This document shows positions 16,394-25,230 of a stretch of 29,599 nt of DNA, in pieces. The notes beneath the pieces were generated by a model. That model did no database searches and was not told the origin of the DNA. It saw only the letters and a program-made list of their open reading frames with translations. The DNA is taken from NCBI GenBank assembly GCA_029861485.1, contig JAOTZF010000001.1:1-29599 (forward strand), read 5' to 3'. The DNA is from Thermoleophilia bacterium (GTDB lineage Bacteria; Actinomycetota; Thermoleophilia; Miltoncostaeales; Miltoncostaeaceae). The translations under genes and the position numbers were made by a program. Positions within the stretch are counted from its first letter, which is position 1. The number at the start of each line of letters is the position of its first letter.

Positions 16394-17160
16394 CGCCCCC
16401 CGAACCGCCGCTCACGGCTCGCGTAGCTCGTGAGGGCCGCCTCGAAGTCCGACGTCGTGAATTGCGGCCAGAGGCGGTCCGAGAAGTACAGCTCCGAATA
16501 GGCCGACTGCCAGAGCAGGAAGTTCGACAGGCGGTGCTCGCCGCTTGTGCGGATGATCAACTCGGGGTCGCGCAGCTCGGGGTCATACATCAAGCGTCCG
16601 AACTCCTCCTCGCCGGCCTCGGCCCCGTATTCGGCCACGAAGCGACGGGCAGCCTCGACGATCTCACCACGGCCGCCGTAGTTCATCGCGACCACGAATC
16701 GCATACCGTCGTTGTCGGCCGTGAGCTCCTCCGCCCGGGCGATCTGGCGCTGCAGCTCGTCACTGAGCTCCTCGCGGCGGCCGATGAAGCGCATTCGGAC
16801 GTTCTCGGCGTGCAGCATGCCGAGCTCCCGGTGGATCAGCTCGACGAACATGTCCATCAACCCGACGACCTCGGCATCCGGCCGGGCCCAATTCTCGGTG
16901 GAGAAGGAGTAGACCGTCAGGTACCTCACCCCCCGATCGCTGGCATAGCGGACGATCTTCTTCAGGGCCTCGGCGCCGGCGCGATGCCCGGCGCCTATCG
17001 GCAGGCGCCTCTCGCGGGCCCACCGGCCATTTCCGTCCATGATGATGGCGACCGACTCCGGGAGCTCGGCCAGGGGCACGGTCGGCTCGGCCGCCGCGGG
17101 ACGCAGCAGCACACGCGCCCAGCGCGCACGGCGCCGAAGCGGTGCAAGCACCGCGCTCAA
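16390..17160 (-). CDS. uppS: Polyprenyl (undecaprenyl) diphosphate synthase
   Basis: IIMDGNGRWA, FSTENWARP, NYGGR, IRTSGEHRLSNFLLWQSAYSEL. Start uncertain (TTG 17160 or 17169). Confidence 0.95.
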   Translation of the reverse strand: MSAVLAPLRRRARWARVLLRPAAAEPTVPLAELPESVAIIMDGNGRWARERRLPIGAGHRAGAEALKKIVRYASDRGVRYLTVYSFSTENWARPDAEVVGLMDMFVELIHRELGMLHAENVRMRFIGRREELSDELQRQIARAEELTADNDGMRFVVAMNYGGRGEIVEAARRFVAEYGAEAGEEEFGRLMYDPELRDPELIIRTSGEHRLSNFLLWQSAYSELYFSDRLWPQFTTSDFEAALTSYASRERRFGGR

Positions 17161-17240
17161 GCCTCGCAACGTGCAGAGCGTCGAGATCGCACCGGGGAAA
17201 CCTAGCGACCGGCGTGCGGCTGGGCGCGGCCGACGGCCCG

Positions 17241-17795
17241 TCAGATCTCGAGGATCTCGCTCTCTTTGCCCGCGAGCATCTCGTCGATCTGCCCGACGTA
17301 ATCGTCGGTGAGCTTCTGCACCTCGCCCTGCCCACGGCCGAGCTCGTTCTTCGAGAGCTCGCCCCCTTTCTCGGCACGCTTCATCTCGTTGTTGGCGTCG
17401 CGGCGAACATTGCGAACGGCGATGCGCCCCTCCTCCGCGATCTTGCCGGCGACCTTCACGAGATCCTTGCGGCGCTCCTCGCTGAGCTCGGGAATCGGAA
17501 GCCGGATCAGCTGACCGTCGTTGGCCGGGGTCAGCCCGACATCCGACTCTTGGATCGCTTTCTCGATGGCGGTGATCAAGGATGGGTCATACGGCTGCAC
17601 CGTGAGCATCCGCGGCTCGGGTACGTTGAGCTGCGCCACCTGGTTGAGGGGAGTCTCCGCGCCGTATGCGTCCACGGTGATCCGGTCGAGCAAGGCGGTC
17701 GAGGCCCGCCCCGTGCGGACGGTGCCGAACTCGTCGCTCACGCTCTTGACCGCGCCTTCCATGCGTCTCTTCGCGTCTTCGATGCGCTCTTTCAC
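17241..17795 (-). CDS. frr: Ribosome recycling factor
   Basis: VRTGRAS, VQPYD, NDGQLIRLPIPELSEERRK, RIAVRNVRRDAN. AAGGAG RBS. Confidence 0.97.
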   Translation of the reverse strand: MKERIEDAKRRMEGAVKSVSDEFGTVRTGRASTALLDRITVDAYGAETPLNQVAQLNVPEPRMLTVQPYDPSLITAIEKAIQESDVGLTPANDGQLIRLPIPELSEERRKDLVKVAGKIAEEGRIAVRNVRRDANNEMKRAEKGGELSKNELGRGQGEVQKLTDDYVGQIDEMLAGKESEILEI

Positions 17796-17797
17796 GC

Positions 17798-18550
17798 CTA
17801 CTCCTTGCTGGTGGCGGAGACGATGGTCCCCACCCGTTGGCCATCCAGAATGCGCTGGATGTTGTTCGGGTCATCGAGGTTGAACACCATGATCGGCAGG
17901 TCGTTGTCCATGCAGAGCGACAGCGCCGTGGTGTCCATGACCTTGAGGCCGCGCTCGATGGCCTCGCGGTGGCTCAGCCGAGGAATGAGGCTGGCGTCGG
18001 AGTTCACGCGTGGATCGTCATCCAGCACCCCCTCCACCCCGTTCTTTGCCATCAGGATGCACTGGGCGCCAATCTCCAGGGCCCGCAGCGCCGCGGTCGT
18101 GTCGGTCGTGAAGAACGGGTTGCCGGTGCCCGCCGCGAAGATGACGACCCGCCCCTTCTCGAGGTGCCGCATGGCGCGACGCCGGATATAGGGCTCAGCC
18201 ACCTCCTGCATGGCGATTGCCGACTGGACGCGGGTCGCGAGTCCTTCCTTCTCCAACTGGTCCTGGAGGGCCAGAGCATTGAGCACCGTCGCGATCATGC
18301 CCATGTAGTCGGCCGTGGCCCGATCCATGCCCGACGCCGTGCCGGAGACCCCACGAAAGATGTTGCCGGCCCCGACCACGATCGCGACCTCGACTCCCCT
18401 CGCCGCCGCGCTCGACACGGCGCTCGCGATACGCGCGATGCGCTGCGGGTCGATCCCGTATCCGTCGTCTCCGGCGAGCGCCTCGCCGGAGAGCTTGAGG
18501 ACGACCCTGCGGTAGGGGGCCCTCTCGGAATCTCCCGTGTCAGCCGCCAA
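17798..18550 (-). CDS. pyrH: UMP kinase
   Basis: [46 protein letters not shown]. Start uncertain (TTG 18550 overlapping the tsf end). Confidence 0.96.
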   Translation of the reverse strand: MAADTGDSERAPYRRVVLKLSGEALAGDDGYGIDPQRIARIASAVSSAAARGVEVAIVVGAGNIFRGVSGTASGMDRATADYMGMIATVLNALALQDQLEKEGLATRVQSAIAMQEVAEPYIRRRAMRHLEKGRVVIFAAGTGNPFFTTDTTAALRALEIGAQCILMAKNGVEGVLDDDPRVNSDASLIPRLSHREAIERGLKVMDTTALSLCMDNDLPIMVFNLDDPNNIQRILDGQRVGTIVSATSKE

Positions 18551-19142
18551 GCTCGAACCGCACGAAGCGTCGGATGGTGACGTTCTCGCCGAGCTTGCCG
18601 GAGAGCGCCGCGCGCAGCTCCTCGATCGTTCGTGGCTTCTTCGCGTCGAGGTCCTTGACGAACGGCTGCTCGAGCAGCGTGATCTCAGAGAGCGCCTTCT
18701 TGAGCTTGCCCTCCACGGCCTTCTCGCGCGCCTGGTCGGGCACATCGGTCATCTGCTCGATGAAGATCGCCTTCTCGCGGTCCACGAACTCGTCGGGGAC
18801 ATCGTCGACCGCGACGTACTCCGGCCTCGAGGCGGCGATGTGGAGCGCGACGTCATGGACGAATGCCTGGAACTCCTCGTTGCGGGCCACGAAGTCGGTC
18901 TCGCAATTGACCTCGAGCAGCACGCCCACCCGGCCGCCCTGATGGATGTAGCTGTCCACGATGCCCTCGTTGGCGTCCCGGCCGGCACGCTTCGCCGCGT
19001 CTGCGAGCCCCTTCGTGCGCAGCAGGGTCGTCGCCCCCTCCATGTCGCCCCCCGACTCCTCGAGGGCGCGCTTGCAGTCCATCATTCCGGCGCCGGTCTT
19101 GCGCCGCAGCTCACTCACGTCTTGGGCCGAGATCTTGCTCAC
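18540..19142 (-). CDS. tsf: Elongation factor Ts (short ~200-aa form)
   Basis: [45 protein letters not shown]. Confidence 0.97.
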   Translation of the reverse strand: MSKISAQDVSELRRKTGAGMMDCKRALEESGGDMEGATTLLRTKGLADAAKRAGRDANEGIVDSYIHQGGRVGVLLEVNCETDFVARNEEFQAFVHDVALHIAASRPEYVAVDDVPDEFVDREKAIFIEQMTDVPDQAREKAVEGKLKKALSEITLLEQPFVKDLDAKKPRTIEELRAALSGKLGENVTIRRFVRFELGG

Positions 19143-19189
19143 GCGTCAATCACCTTGAGAATCGCGGTTGGGTCGGATGGAGAAACGGG

Positions 19190-20164
19190 CTACTGCGAGC
19201 TCTCGACGTCCGCCTGGGGCTCCGTGGCCTCGGGGGCAGAGACCTCGGGGGCAGGCGCCTCTGCCGCGGCCGCCTCTGCCGCCGCGGGCTCTACAGCAGC
19301 GGGCTCCGGCTGAGGCTCTGCCGCAGGCTCGGCGGGCGCTGTCTGCGCAGGGGGCCCCTGCTCGACCTCGGCCGGCGCAGGCGTCGCCTGCGGCGCGGGA
19401 TCCCCGGCGGGGGCCGCCGGCTCGGCGGGCGCCTCGGCCTGGGCAGGCTCGGGCTCGGCGACGGCCTCGCTCGCAACCTGCCCGCCCATTCGCCCTTCGA
19501 TCACGCCGTCGGCCAGAGCGCCCAGAACGAGATCGCACGAGCGAATGGCATCGTCGTTGCCGGGAATGATGTACGTGGCCTCGTCAGGGTCGCAGTTCGT
19601 GTCGACCAGGCCGATGATCGGAATGCCCAACCGGTTGCACTCGCGCACGGCGATGGCCTCGTTGTTGAGGTCGACGATCACGACCGCGTCCGGCAAGCGC
19701 TCCATCGCGGAGACACCGCCGAGGTTTGTCTCGAGCTTCTCGAGCTGGGCGACGGCCGAGAGCCGCTCTCGGGTGGGCAGTAGCTTGAGCTGATCGCCTT
19801 CTTTCTGGGTGCGCAGCTCGTGAAGCCGCTGCACGCGCTTGTTGACCGTGTCCCAGTTCGTGAGCAGGCCGCCCAGCCAGCGGTTCGCGACGCTCGGCAT
19901 ACCGCAGCGATCGGCGTCTCGCGCGATGGAGTCCTTGCATTGCTTCTTGGTGCCGACGAACAGCACGACACCGTCGCGTTCGGCGATGGCGCGCACGAAG
20001 GCCTGCGCCCGCTCCAGCAAGACCAGCGTTTGCTGGAGATCAATGATGTAGATGCCGCTGCGCTCGCCGAAGATGTATCGCTTCATCTTCGGGTTCCAAC
20101 GGCGCGTCTGGTGGCCGAAGTGGACTCCGGACTCCAGCAGCTGCTTCATCGTGACAGTGGCCAC
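19190..20164 (-). CDS. rpsB: 30S ribosomal protein S2 with Ala/Pro/Glu-rich C-terminal tail
   Basis: [44 protein letters not shown]. Confidence 0.98.
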   Translation of the reverse strand: MATVTMKQLLESGVHFGHQTRRWNPKMKRYIFGERSGIYIIDLQQTLVLLERAQAFVRAIAERDGVVLFVGTKKQCKDSIARDADRCGMPSVANRWLGGLLTNWDTVNKRVQRLHELRTQKEGDQLKLLPTRERLSAVAQLEKLETNLGGVSAMERLPDAVVIVDLNNEAIAVRECNRLGIPIIGLVDTNCDPDEATYIIPGNDDAIRSCDLVLGALADGVIEGRMGGQVASEAVAEPEPAQAEAPAEPAAPAGDPAPQATPAPAEVEQGPPAQTAPAEPAAEPQPEPAAVEPAAAEAAAAEAPAPEVSAPEATEPQADVESSQ

Positions 20165-20169
20165 GTGCT

Positions 20170-20262
20170 GCTCCTTGGTGGTTGGAATGCTTCGCCGCCG
20201 CGCCGCCGGTGGAACCCCCGTGGGGCACCGCCACCGGACATCGATACGCGTCGGGTCGTCTT
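20170..20262 (-). ncRNA. rpsB 5' leader (S2 autoregulatory, t44-like)
   Basis: Minus strand ACGCGTATCGA...GGTGCCCCACGGGGG...CAACCA resembles, from memory, the enterobacterial rpsB leader. Boundaries approximate. Confidence 0.55.
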
Positions 20263-20274
20263 CAGGTCGGAGGA

Positions 20275-20280
20275 ATCCTA
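20275..20280 (-). promoter_or_regulatory. -10 element for the rpsB-tsf operon
   Basis: TAGGAT overlapping the rluD stop codon, just upstream of the rpsB leader. Confidence 0.45.
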
Positions 20281-21219
20281 GCGGTCGGGAGACCGCGGCA
20301 GGTCGTGCGCGGGGTCGATGCGATCAAGGGCGTCAGACAGGTCCGAATGCAGGGCGCTGCGAAACTCGACGAGCTCTCCGCTCTCCGGGTGGGGAAAGCC
20401 GAGGTACCAGGCGTGCAGGAACTGGCGCGAGAGCCCGAGATCGGGCTGGCGTTTCCCGTAGACCTGGTCGCCCACCACCGGGTTCCCCTCCGATTCCAGG
20501 TGCACCCGGATCTGGTGGGTGCGCCCGGTCTCCAGGCGGGCCTCGACGTAGCTGAAGCGGCCCGGCTGCCCGATGCGGCGCAGGTGTGTCACGGCGTCGC
20601 GCCCCTCTGACGCCATGACGCTCATCCGGGTGCGATTGCGGGCATCCCGGCCGATCGGCCGCTCGATGGTCAGTGCCGGTGGCATGCGGCCGTGAACGAG
20701 CGCCGCGTAGCGCCGCTCGATCTCGCGGTCGCGCAGGAGTCGCTGCAGGCGGCGATGCGCTCGGGGCGTGCGGGCGACGACCAACAGGCCCGAGGTATTC
20801 CTGTCGAGCCGGTGCACGATCCCCGGGCGCAGGGGGTCGTGACCGCCCGCGATGGCTCGCGCCAGCAGCCCGTGTACGAGCGTGCCGCTCTCGTGACCCT
20901 TGCTGGGGTGGGTCACGACCCCTGCCGGCTTGTCCACGACCAGCAGCGACTCGTCCTCGTAGAGGACCTCGTGGGGGACATCCTCGGGGCTCAGCTTTGC
21001 CTCAGGCGCGGCTTCGACGGGTCGAACGCTCACGCGCTCCCCGGGCACGAGCTGATGCCGCTTGACTCGCGGCTGTCCATCCACCAGCACGCGCCCCCGG
21101 TCGATCAGCCGCTGGGCCTCGGCGCGACTTCCTACCGGCTCCAGCGCCCCCACAACCACGTCGAGCCGCCGACCCGCCTGCTCAGGGCCGACGACGATCT
21201 CGAGCGTGGGCCCGGTCAT
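20278..21219 (-). CDS. rluD: RluA/RluD-family pseudouridine synthase (N-terminal S4 domain)
   Basis: GRRLDVV S4 domain, [16 protein letters not shown] catalytic Asp, [19 protein letters not shown] 21219 overlaps the lspA stop (ATGA). Confidence 0.92.
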   Translation of the reverse strand: MTGPTLEIVVGPEQAGRRLDVVVGALEPVGSRAEAQRLIDRGRVLVDGQPRVKRHQLVPGERVSVRPVEAAPEAKLSPEDVPHEVLYEDESLLVVDKPAGVVTHPSKGHESGTLVHGLLARAIAGGHDPLRPGIVHRLDRNTSGLLVVARTPRAHRRLQRLLRDREIERRYAALVHGRMPPALTIERPIGRDARNRTRMSVMASEGRDAVTHLRRIGQPGRFSYVEARLETGRTHQIRVHLESEGNPVVGDQVYGKRQPDLGLSRQFLHAWYLGFPHPESGELVEFRSALHSDLSDALDRIDPAHDLPRSPDR

Positions 21220-21743
21220 CCCTCGCCGTCGAAGAACGTGAGCCCCAGGACGATCAGCGCCACTCCGCACACGATCCCGACGTCGGCCGCGTTGAACGCC
21301 GGCCAGGCCACGGGATCGAGGAAGTCCGTCACCCCCCCGCGGGCGACGCGGTCGATCAGGTTCCCGAGACTCCCGCCGATCAGCATCCCGCCGCCGATCG
21401 CCACCGCAAGGCTGCGCCGCGCGGTGCGGGCGACCGCGATACCGATCGCGATGAGCGCCACGACGGTGAGCGCCGCCACGAGCTCGGGGCGCCCCGGGAA
21501 CAGACCGAAGGCGATGCCTTCGTTCCGAACCCGCGTGAGACCGAACCCCGGGACGAGGCCGATGTAGTCGCCCGACTCGATCGTCGACCGCGCCAGGATC
21601 TTGCTGGCCTGATCGAGCACGACCACGACACCGGCGATGACCAGAAGCAGCGTCGCCCGCATTCGCGCCGAGTAATGGAGGCGCCGCCGCCCTGCCGCGA
21701 GAGCTACATCGCCGGGGCGGGGAGCCTCGCTCGCGGCGCTCAT
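21216..21743 (-). CDS. lspA: Lipoprotein signal peptidase II
   Basis: DQASK, NEGIAFG, GSLGNLIDRV, VTDFL, PAFNAAD. Start is 21743 (ATGA overlap) or ATG 21662. Confidence 0.94.
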   Translation of the reverse strand: MSAASEAPRPGDVALAAGRRRLHYSARMRATLLLVIAGVVVVLDQASKILARSTIESGDYIGLVPGFGLTRVRNEGIAFGLFPGRPELVAALTVVALIAIGIAVARTARRSLAVAIGGGMLIGGSLGNLIDRVARGGVTDFLDPVAWPAFNAADVGIVCGVALIVLGLTFFDGEG

Positions 21744-22057
21744 GAGACTGCGGCTTCCCCGGCAGCCTTCAGCCGGCCGGCCAATGTGGAGGGATCGCCA
21801 TCGATCTCGACTAACTTACGCGCCCCGCCGGAGCCGCGGCGAATCCTGGCCTTGCGGGGACGTACTCCGGCAAGCTCCGCCAGGTAGGCGCACAGAGCAG
21901 CGTTCGACTGCCCTTTGTGTGGAGCCGCCGCGATTTGGACCCTCAACAGACCATTCTGCTCGCCCACGATTCGCGTCGTCCTGCTACGCGGGACGGCCTT
22001 GACCGCGACCATGACGCCGCCGTCGCGGAGCGAAAGCCAGTCCGGGAGAGCGATCAG
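21740..22057 (-). CDS. yggU: DUF167/YggU family protein
   Basis: VKAVPRSRTTRI, RVQIAAAPHKGQSNAALCAYLAE, RRGSGGARKLVEI. Start uncertain (CTG 22057 overlapping the yggT stop, or ATG 22012). Confidence 0.8.
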   Translation of the reverse strand: MIALPDWLSLRDGGVMVAVKAVPRSRTTRIVGEQNGLLRVQIAAAPHKGQSNAALCAYLAELAGVRPRKARIRRGSGGARKLVEIDGDPSTLAGRLKAAGEAAVS

Positions 22058-22323
22058 CCGCCGAGGATGTTCGAGAACACGCTGCGGAGGATGAACAGGA
22101 CGAAGATCGCGGCGATCGGCGAGATGTCGAACATGCCGATCGGAGGAATGAAGCGCCTGAACAAGCTCAGGTACCACTCGGTGCTCTGAATGATGAAGTC
22201 ATAGACCGACCGCAGCGCCCCGCCCTGGGGCACGGACGGGAACCACGAGAGCAGGATGCGCACGAAGATGAGGACGATGAAGACGAGGAACAGCGCATCG
22301 ACGTATGAGGCAATGGTGTCCAT
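22054..22323 (-). CDS. yggT: YggT/YlmG family membrane protein
   Basis: RILLSWFP, STEWYLSLFRRFIPPIGMFDISPI. AGGAG RBS. Confidence 0.93.
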   Translation of the reverse strand: MDTIASYVDALFLVFIVLIFVRILLSWFPSVPQGGALRSVYDFIIQSTEWYLSLFRRFIPPIGMFDISPIAAIFVLFILRSVFSNILGG

Positions 22324-22361
22324 CTAGCTCCCTGATGCGGTCCCCGCCAGCGCGGCCGAGA

Positions 22362-23162
22362 CTACAGTTCCTCCGCGCGAGCGGCAGCTGCTCTTACGGC
22401 GTCAGCCATGTGAGCCCGGACCGCTCCGCGCTCGAGGACGGTGAGGCCGGCGAGTGTGGTGCCGGCCGGCGACGATACGCGCTGCCGCAACTCCGCCGGG
22501 TCCTTGCCGCCGCCGAGCAAGGCGGCCGTGCCCGCAAGAACCGCGGGGACCATTTGGCGAGCTTGGGCGCGCGGCAGTCCGGCGGACACGGCACCCTCCT
22601 CGAGGGCTTCGGCGATCAAGGCGACGAAGCCCGGGCCGCTACCCACCAAGGCCGTCGCGACCGAGAATGCGCCCTCCGGCAGGGCCACAGAGGTACCGAG
22701 GGCGTCGAGGGCGTCGAGCAGCTCGGCCTCGCGCCCGTCGGGGAGGGCGCGAGTGGCGACGGCGATCAGTCCGGCCGCGTGCCGTACCGCGAGGTTCGGC
22801 ATGGTTCGCGCGAGAGGCGTATCCGGCAGGGCCTCTGTGAGACGGTCGAGCGTCCATCCGGCCATCACCGACAGCACCACACTTCGTTCGCTCAACTGCG
22901 GCCGCAGCGCCTGGAGAGCGGCCTGACCGTCGGCGGGCTTGACGGCGACGCACACCAGATCGGCGGCCGCCACGTCGTGGAGCGACCCCGTGGCGAGCCC
23001 GTCCCTCTCCTGCGCCGCGCGAGCAACCGCGGCCACCGCGTCGTACACCGCAACCGGACGACCCGTGCGCGCCAGGCCGACCCCCATGGCAGACCCCATA
23101 GCGCCGGCGCCGACGATGCCGACCGTGCGCGGCCACGCGGCCGCCTTCGATGCGGGGCTCAC
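22362..23162 (-). CDS. proC: Pyrroline-5-carboxylate reductase
   Basis: IVGAGAMG, AVKP, SVMAG, RTMPNL, GSGPG, VSSPAGTT. Confidence 0.93.
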   Translation of the reverse strand: MSPASKAAAWPRTVGIVGAGAMGSAMGVGLARTGRPVAVYDAVAAVARAAQERDGLATGSLHDVAAADLVCVAVKPADGQAALQALRPQLSERSVVLSVMAGWTLDRLTEALPDTPLARTMPNLAVRHAAGLIAVATRALPDGREAELLDALDALGTSVALPEGAFSVATALVGSGPGFVALIAEALEEGAVSAGLPRAQARQMVPAVLAGTAALLGGGKDPAELRQRVSSPAGTTLAGLTVLERGAVRAHMADAVRAAAARAEEL

Positions 23163-23169
23163 GGGCGGC

Positions 23170-23733
23170 TCAATACTGGTTGAAGAAGCCCTTCTCGAGG
23201 AGCCGCGCCCGCTCCTCTGCGGAGACCTCGACGTTCTCTGGGGTCAGCAAGAAGACCTTGTCGGCGATCCGCTGCATGCCCCCGTCGAGGGCGTAAGTGA
23301 GCCCGCTCGCGAAATCGATCAGCCGCTTGGCGAGGTCGACCTCTGAGCCCTGCAGGTTCACGATCACCGGAACGGAGTTCTTGAACCGGTCGGCGATTTG
23401 CTGCGCGTCGTTGAAGTTCTTCGGCACCACCAGATGCACCTCGGACCGCGAGGGCGGCGCGACAGCCCGCACCGGCGCGCGACGGCGCTCGCGTTCCTCC
23501 TCGGCGAAGATATCGTCGAACTCCTCGTCGCGGCGACGCGGTCCGAGGCGCCTGACGTTCGGGCGCTCCCGGTATGAGCGCTCGAGGTCCTCCTGGGGGC
23601 CGCCGCCGCGCGACCCGCGCGGCGGCGGCTCGTCCTCGTAGTCCTCATAGTCCTCGTACTCGTCAGCGGGATCTGCCATCCCGAAGTACACGAGCGTTCG
23701 CTGCCAGATGTTGCCCACTCCCATCGTGCTCAC
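23170..23733 (-). CDS. sepF: Cell division protein SepF
   Basis: N-terminal amphipathic IWQRTLVYFG, acidic linker, PKNFNDAQQIAD, VIVNL, RLIDFASGLTYALDG. Start GTG 23733 or ATG 23724. Confidence 0.95.
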   Translation of the reverse strand: MSTMGVGNIWQRTLVYFGMADPADEYEDYEDYEDEPPPRGSRGGGPQEDLERSYRERPNVRRLGPRRRDEEFDDIFAEEERERRRAPVRAVAPPSRSEVHLVVPKNFNDAQQIADRFKNSVPVIVNLQGSEVDLAKRLIDFASGLTYALDGGMQRIADKVFLLTPENVEVSAEERARLLEKGFFNQY

Positions 23734-24425
23734 CCCTCGCGGGCTTGGTCGATCAAACCTCGGCCGACTCGCACGAGGGTTGCACCCTCCTGCGTGGCGA
23801 CGAGGTAGTCCTGGCTGGTCCCCATGGAGAGATCCGCGAAGTCGTGACGGGCGTCGGACCTCTCCGACAGCCGGTGCGCGAACTCGCGAGTGGCCGCAAA
23901 GAACGGGCGACTCACCTCGGGGTCTTCGGTCATTGGCGGCATCGACATCAAGCCCCCTATGACCAGATTGTCGTGCTCGGAGACCTCGTCGACGAACCGC
24001 TCGAGGTCTGAGGGCACGATACCAGCCTTGGTCCCTTCTTCACCGATGTTGACTTCGACGAGCACCCGCACAGGCCCTTCCGCACGCGTCGCGATCTCGG
24101 CCGCGAGACGCGCCGAATCCACCGAATGGATCAGGCGCACCGCGGGCAGCACGTCGCGAACCTTGCGGCGCTGGAGATGGCCGATGAAGTCGAACTCCAG
24201 CGCACCCTGGGATGCTGTCATCTTGCTCAACATGTCCTGCAGTCGGTTCTCTCCGAGCCGTCGAACACCTGCTTCGAGGAGCGCGCCGACCTCCTCAGAG
24301 GCGATGTACTTGCCCGCCAGGAGCAGCTCGACGTCCTCCGGCGCGCGCCCGCTCTGGCGCGCCGCTTCGTCGAGCAGCTCGCGGCTGCGGCCGATCGCCT
24401 GCCGTAGCTTGCCCGGATCCAACAC
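23730..24425 (-). CDS. yggS: PLP homeostasis protein YggS/PLPBP
   Basis: AGKY, LGENRLQD, FIGHLQRRKV, IHSVDS, VEVNI, SMGTSQDY, VRVGR. Start uncertain (GTG 24425 gives 231 aa). Confidence 0.93.
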   Translation of the reverse strand: MLDPGKLRQAIGRSRELLDEAARQSGRAPEDVELLLAGKYIASEEVGALLEAGVRRLGENRLQDMLSKMTASQGALEFDFIGHLQRRKVRDVLPAVRLIHSVDSARLAAEIATRAEGPVRVLVEVNIGEEGTKAGIVPSDLERFVDEVSEHDNLVIGGLMSMPPMTEDPEVSRPFFAATREFAHRLSERSDARHDFADLSMGTSQDYLVATQEGATLVRVGRGLIDQAREG

Positions 24426-24483
24426 CTCCTCAGCGTGACAGATCGGGCGGATCGCCCCTCGTTGCGGCGGTTTTCGCGCGCCA

Positions 24484-25230
24484 TCACGCGATCCAGACCA
24501 CGCCGGCCTGCCGGCCGGTGCGCGCCCCCTCGACGCGATGGCTGAAGAAGTAGGCCGTGTCGGCCGTCGAGCGGAGAACATCATGGACTGCCTCCTGCGC
24601 AAGGCCGCTCTCGGTCAGGCAGATGCGCGCACAGGCTCGCAGATCCACCCGGCGTCCATCGACCACACCGGCGCCGAAGCGCCCTGCGAAGCGCTCCGCC
24701 AGCGACGCGTCGACCTCGTAGCCGGCCTGATCGATGCAGGGACCGATCGCGCCGGAGAGCGGGCCCTCGCCGGGCAGCGCCGCGCATACGGCGCCGATCG
24801 TGTCCGCCATCAGACCTCTCCAGCCGGCGTGCGCCGCCCCGACGCCGCTCCCATCGCCGCGCCACAGGAGGACCGGGACGCAATCGGCCGCCATGACCAC
24901 CAGGGGCAGACCCACGCGATCGGTCACCATGCCGTCGGCGGCCGGCCACCCGGTCAGGCCTCCGCAGAAGCGCCCGGGCCGCAGCGGTCCGGACACCGCA
25001 ACCACGTCCGCGGCATGGACTTGGCGCAACATGCTCACCCTTGCGGGATCGACTCCCAGGCTCGCGCAAAGCGCCCGCCGGTTCTCGCGAACCACCGCAG
25101 GGTCGTCGCCGGTCGAGGTCGCGAGGTTCGCCTCGTCGAAGGGGGGGCGGGACCGTCCCCCGCGCCGGGTCGTGAAGACCGCTCGCACCTCGCACCCCGT
25201 GTCCACGGGGATAGTGACGGGGGGGATCAT
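24484..25230 (-). CDS. pgeF: PgeF/YfiH (polyphenol oxidase-like, purine nucleoside phosphorylase LACC1 family)
   Basis: FTTRRGG, LRQVHAAD, AADCVPVLL, AAHAGWRG, FFSHR, GRQAG. ATG 25230 overlaps the upstream stop. Confidence 0.9.
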   Translation of the reverse strand: MIPPVTIPVDTGCEVRAVFTTRRGGRSRPPFDEANLATSTGDDPAVVRENRRALCASLGVDPARVSMLRQVHAADVVAVSGPLRPGRFCGGLTGWPAADGMVTDRVGLPLVVMAADCVPVLLWRGDGSGVGAAHAGWRGLMADTIGAVCAALPGEGPLSGAIGPCIDQAGYEVDASLAERFAGRFGAGVVDGRRVDLRACARICLTESGLAQEAVHDVLRSTADTAYFFSHRVEGARTGRQAGVVWIA

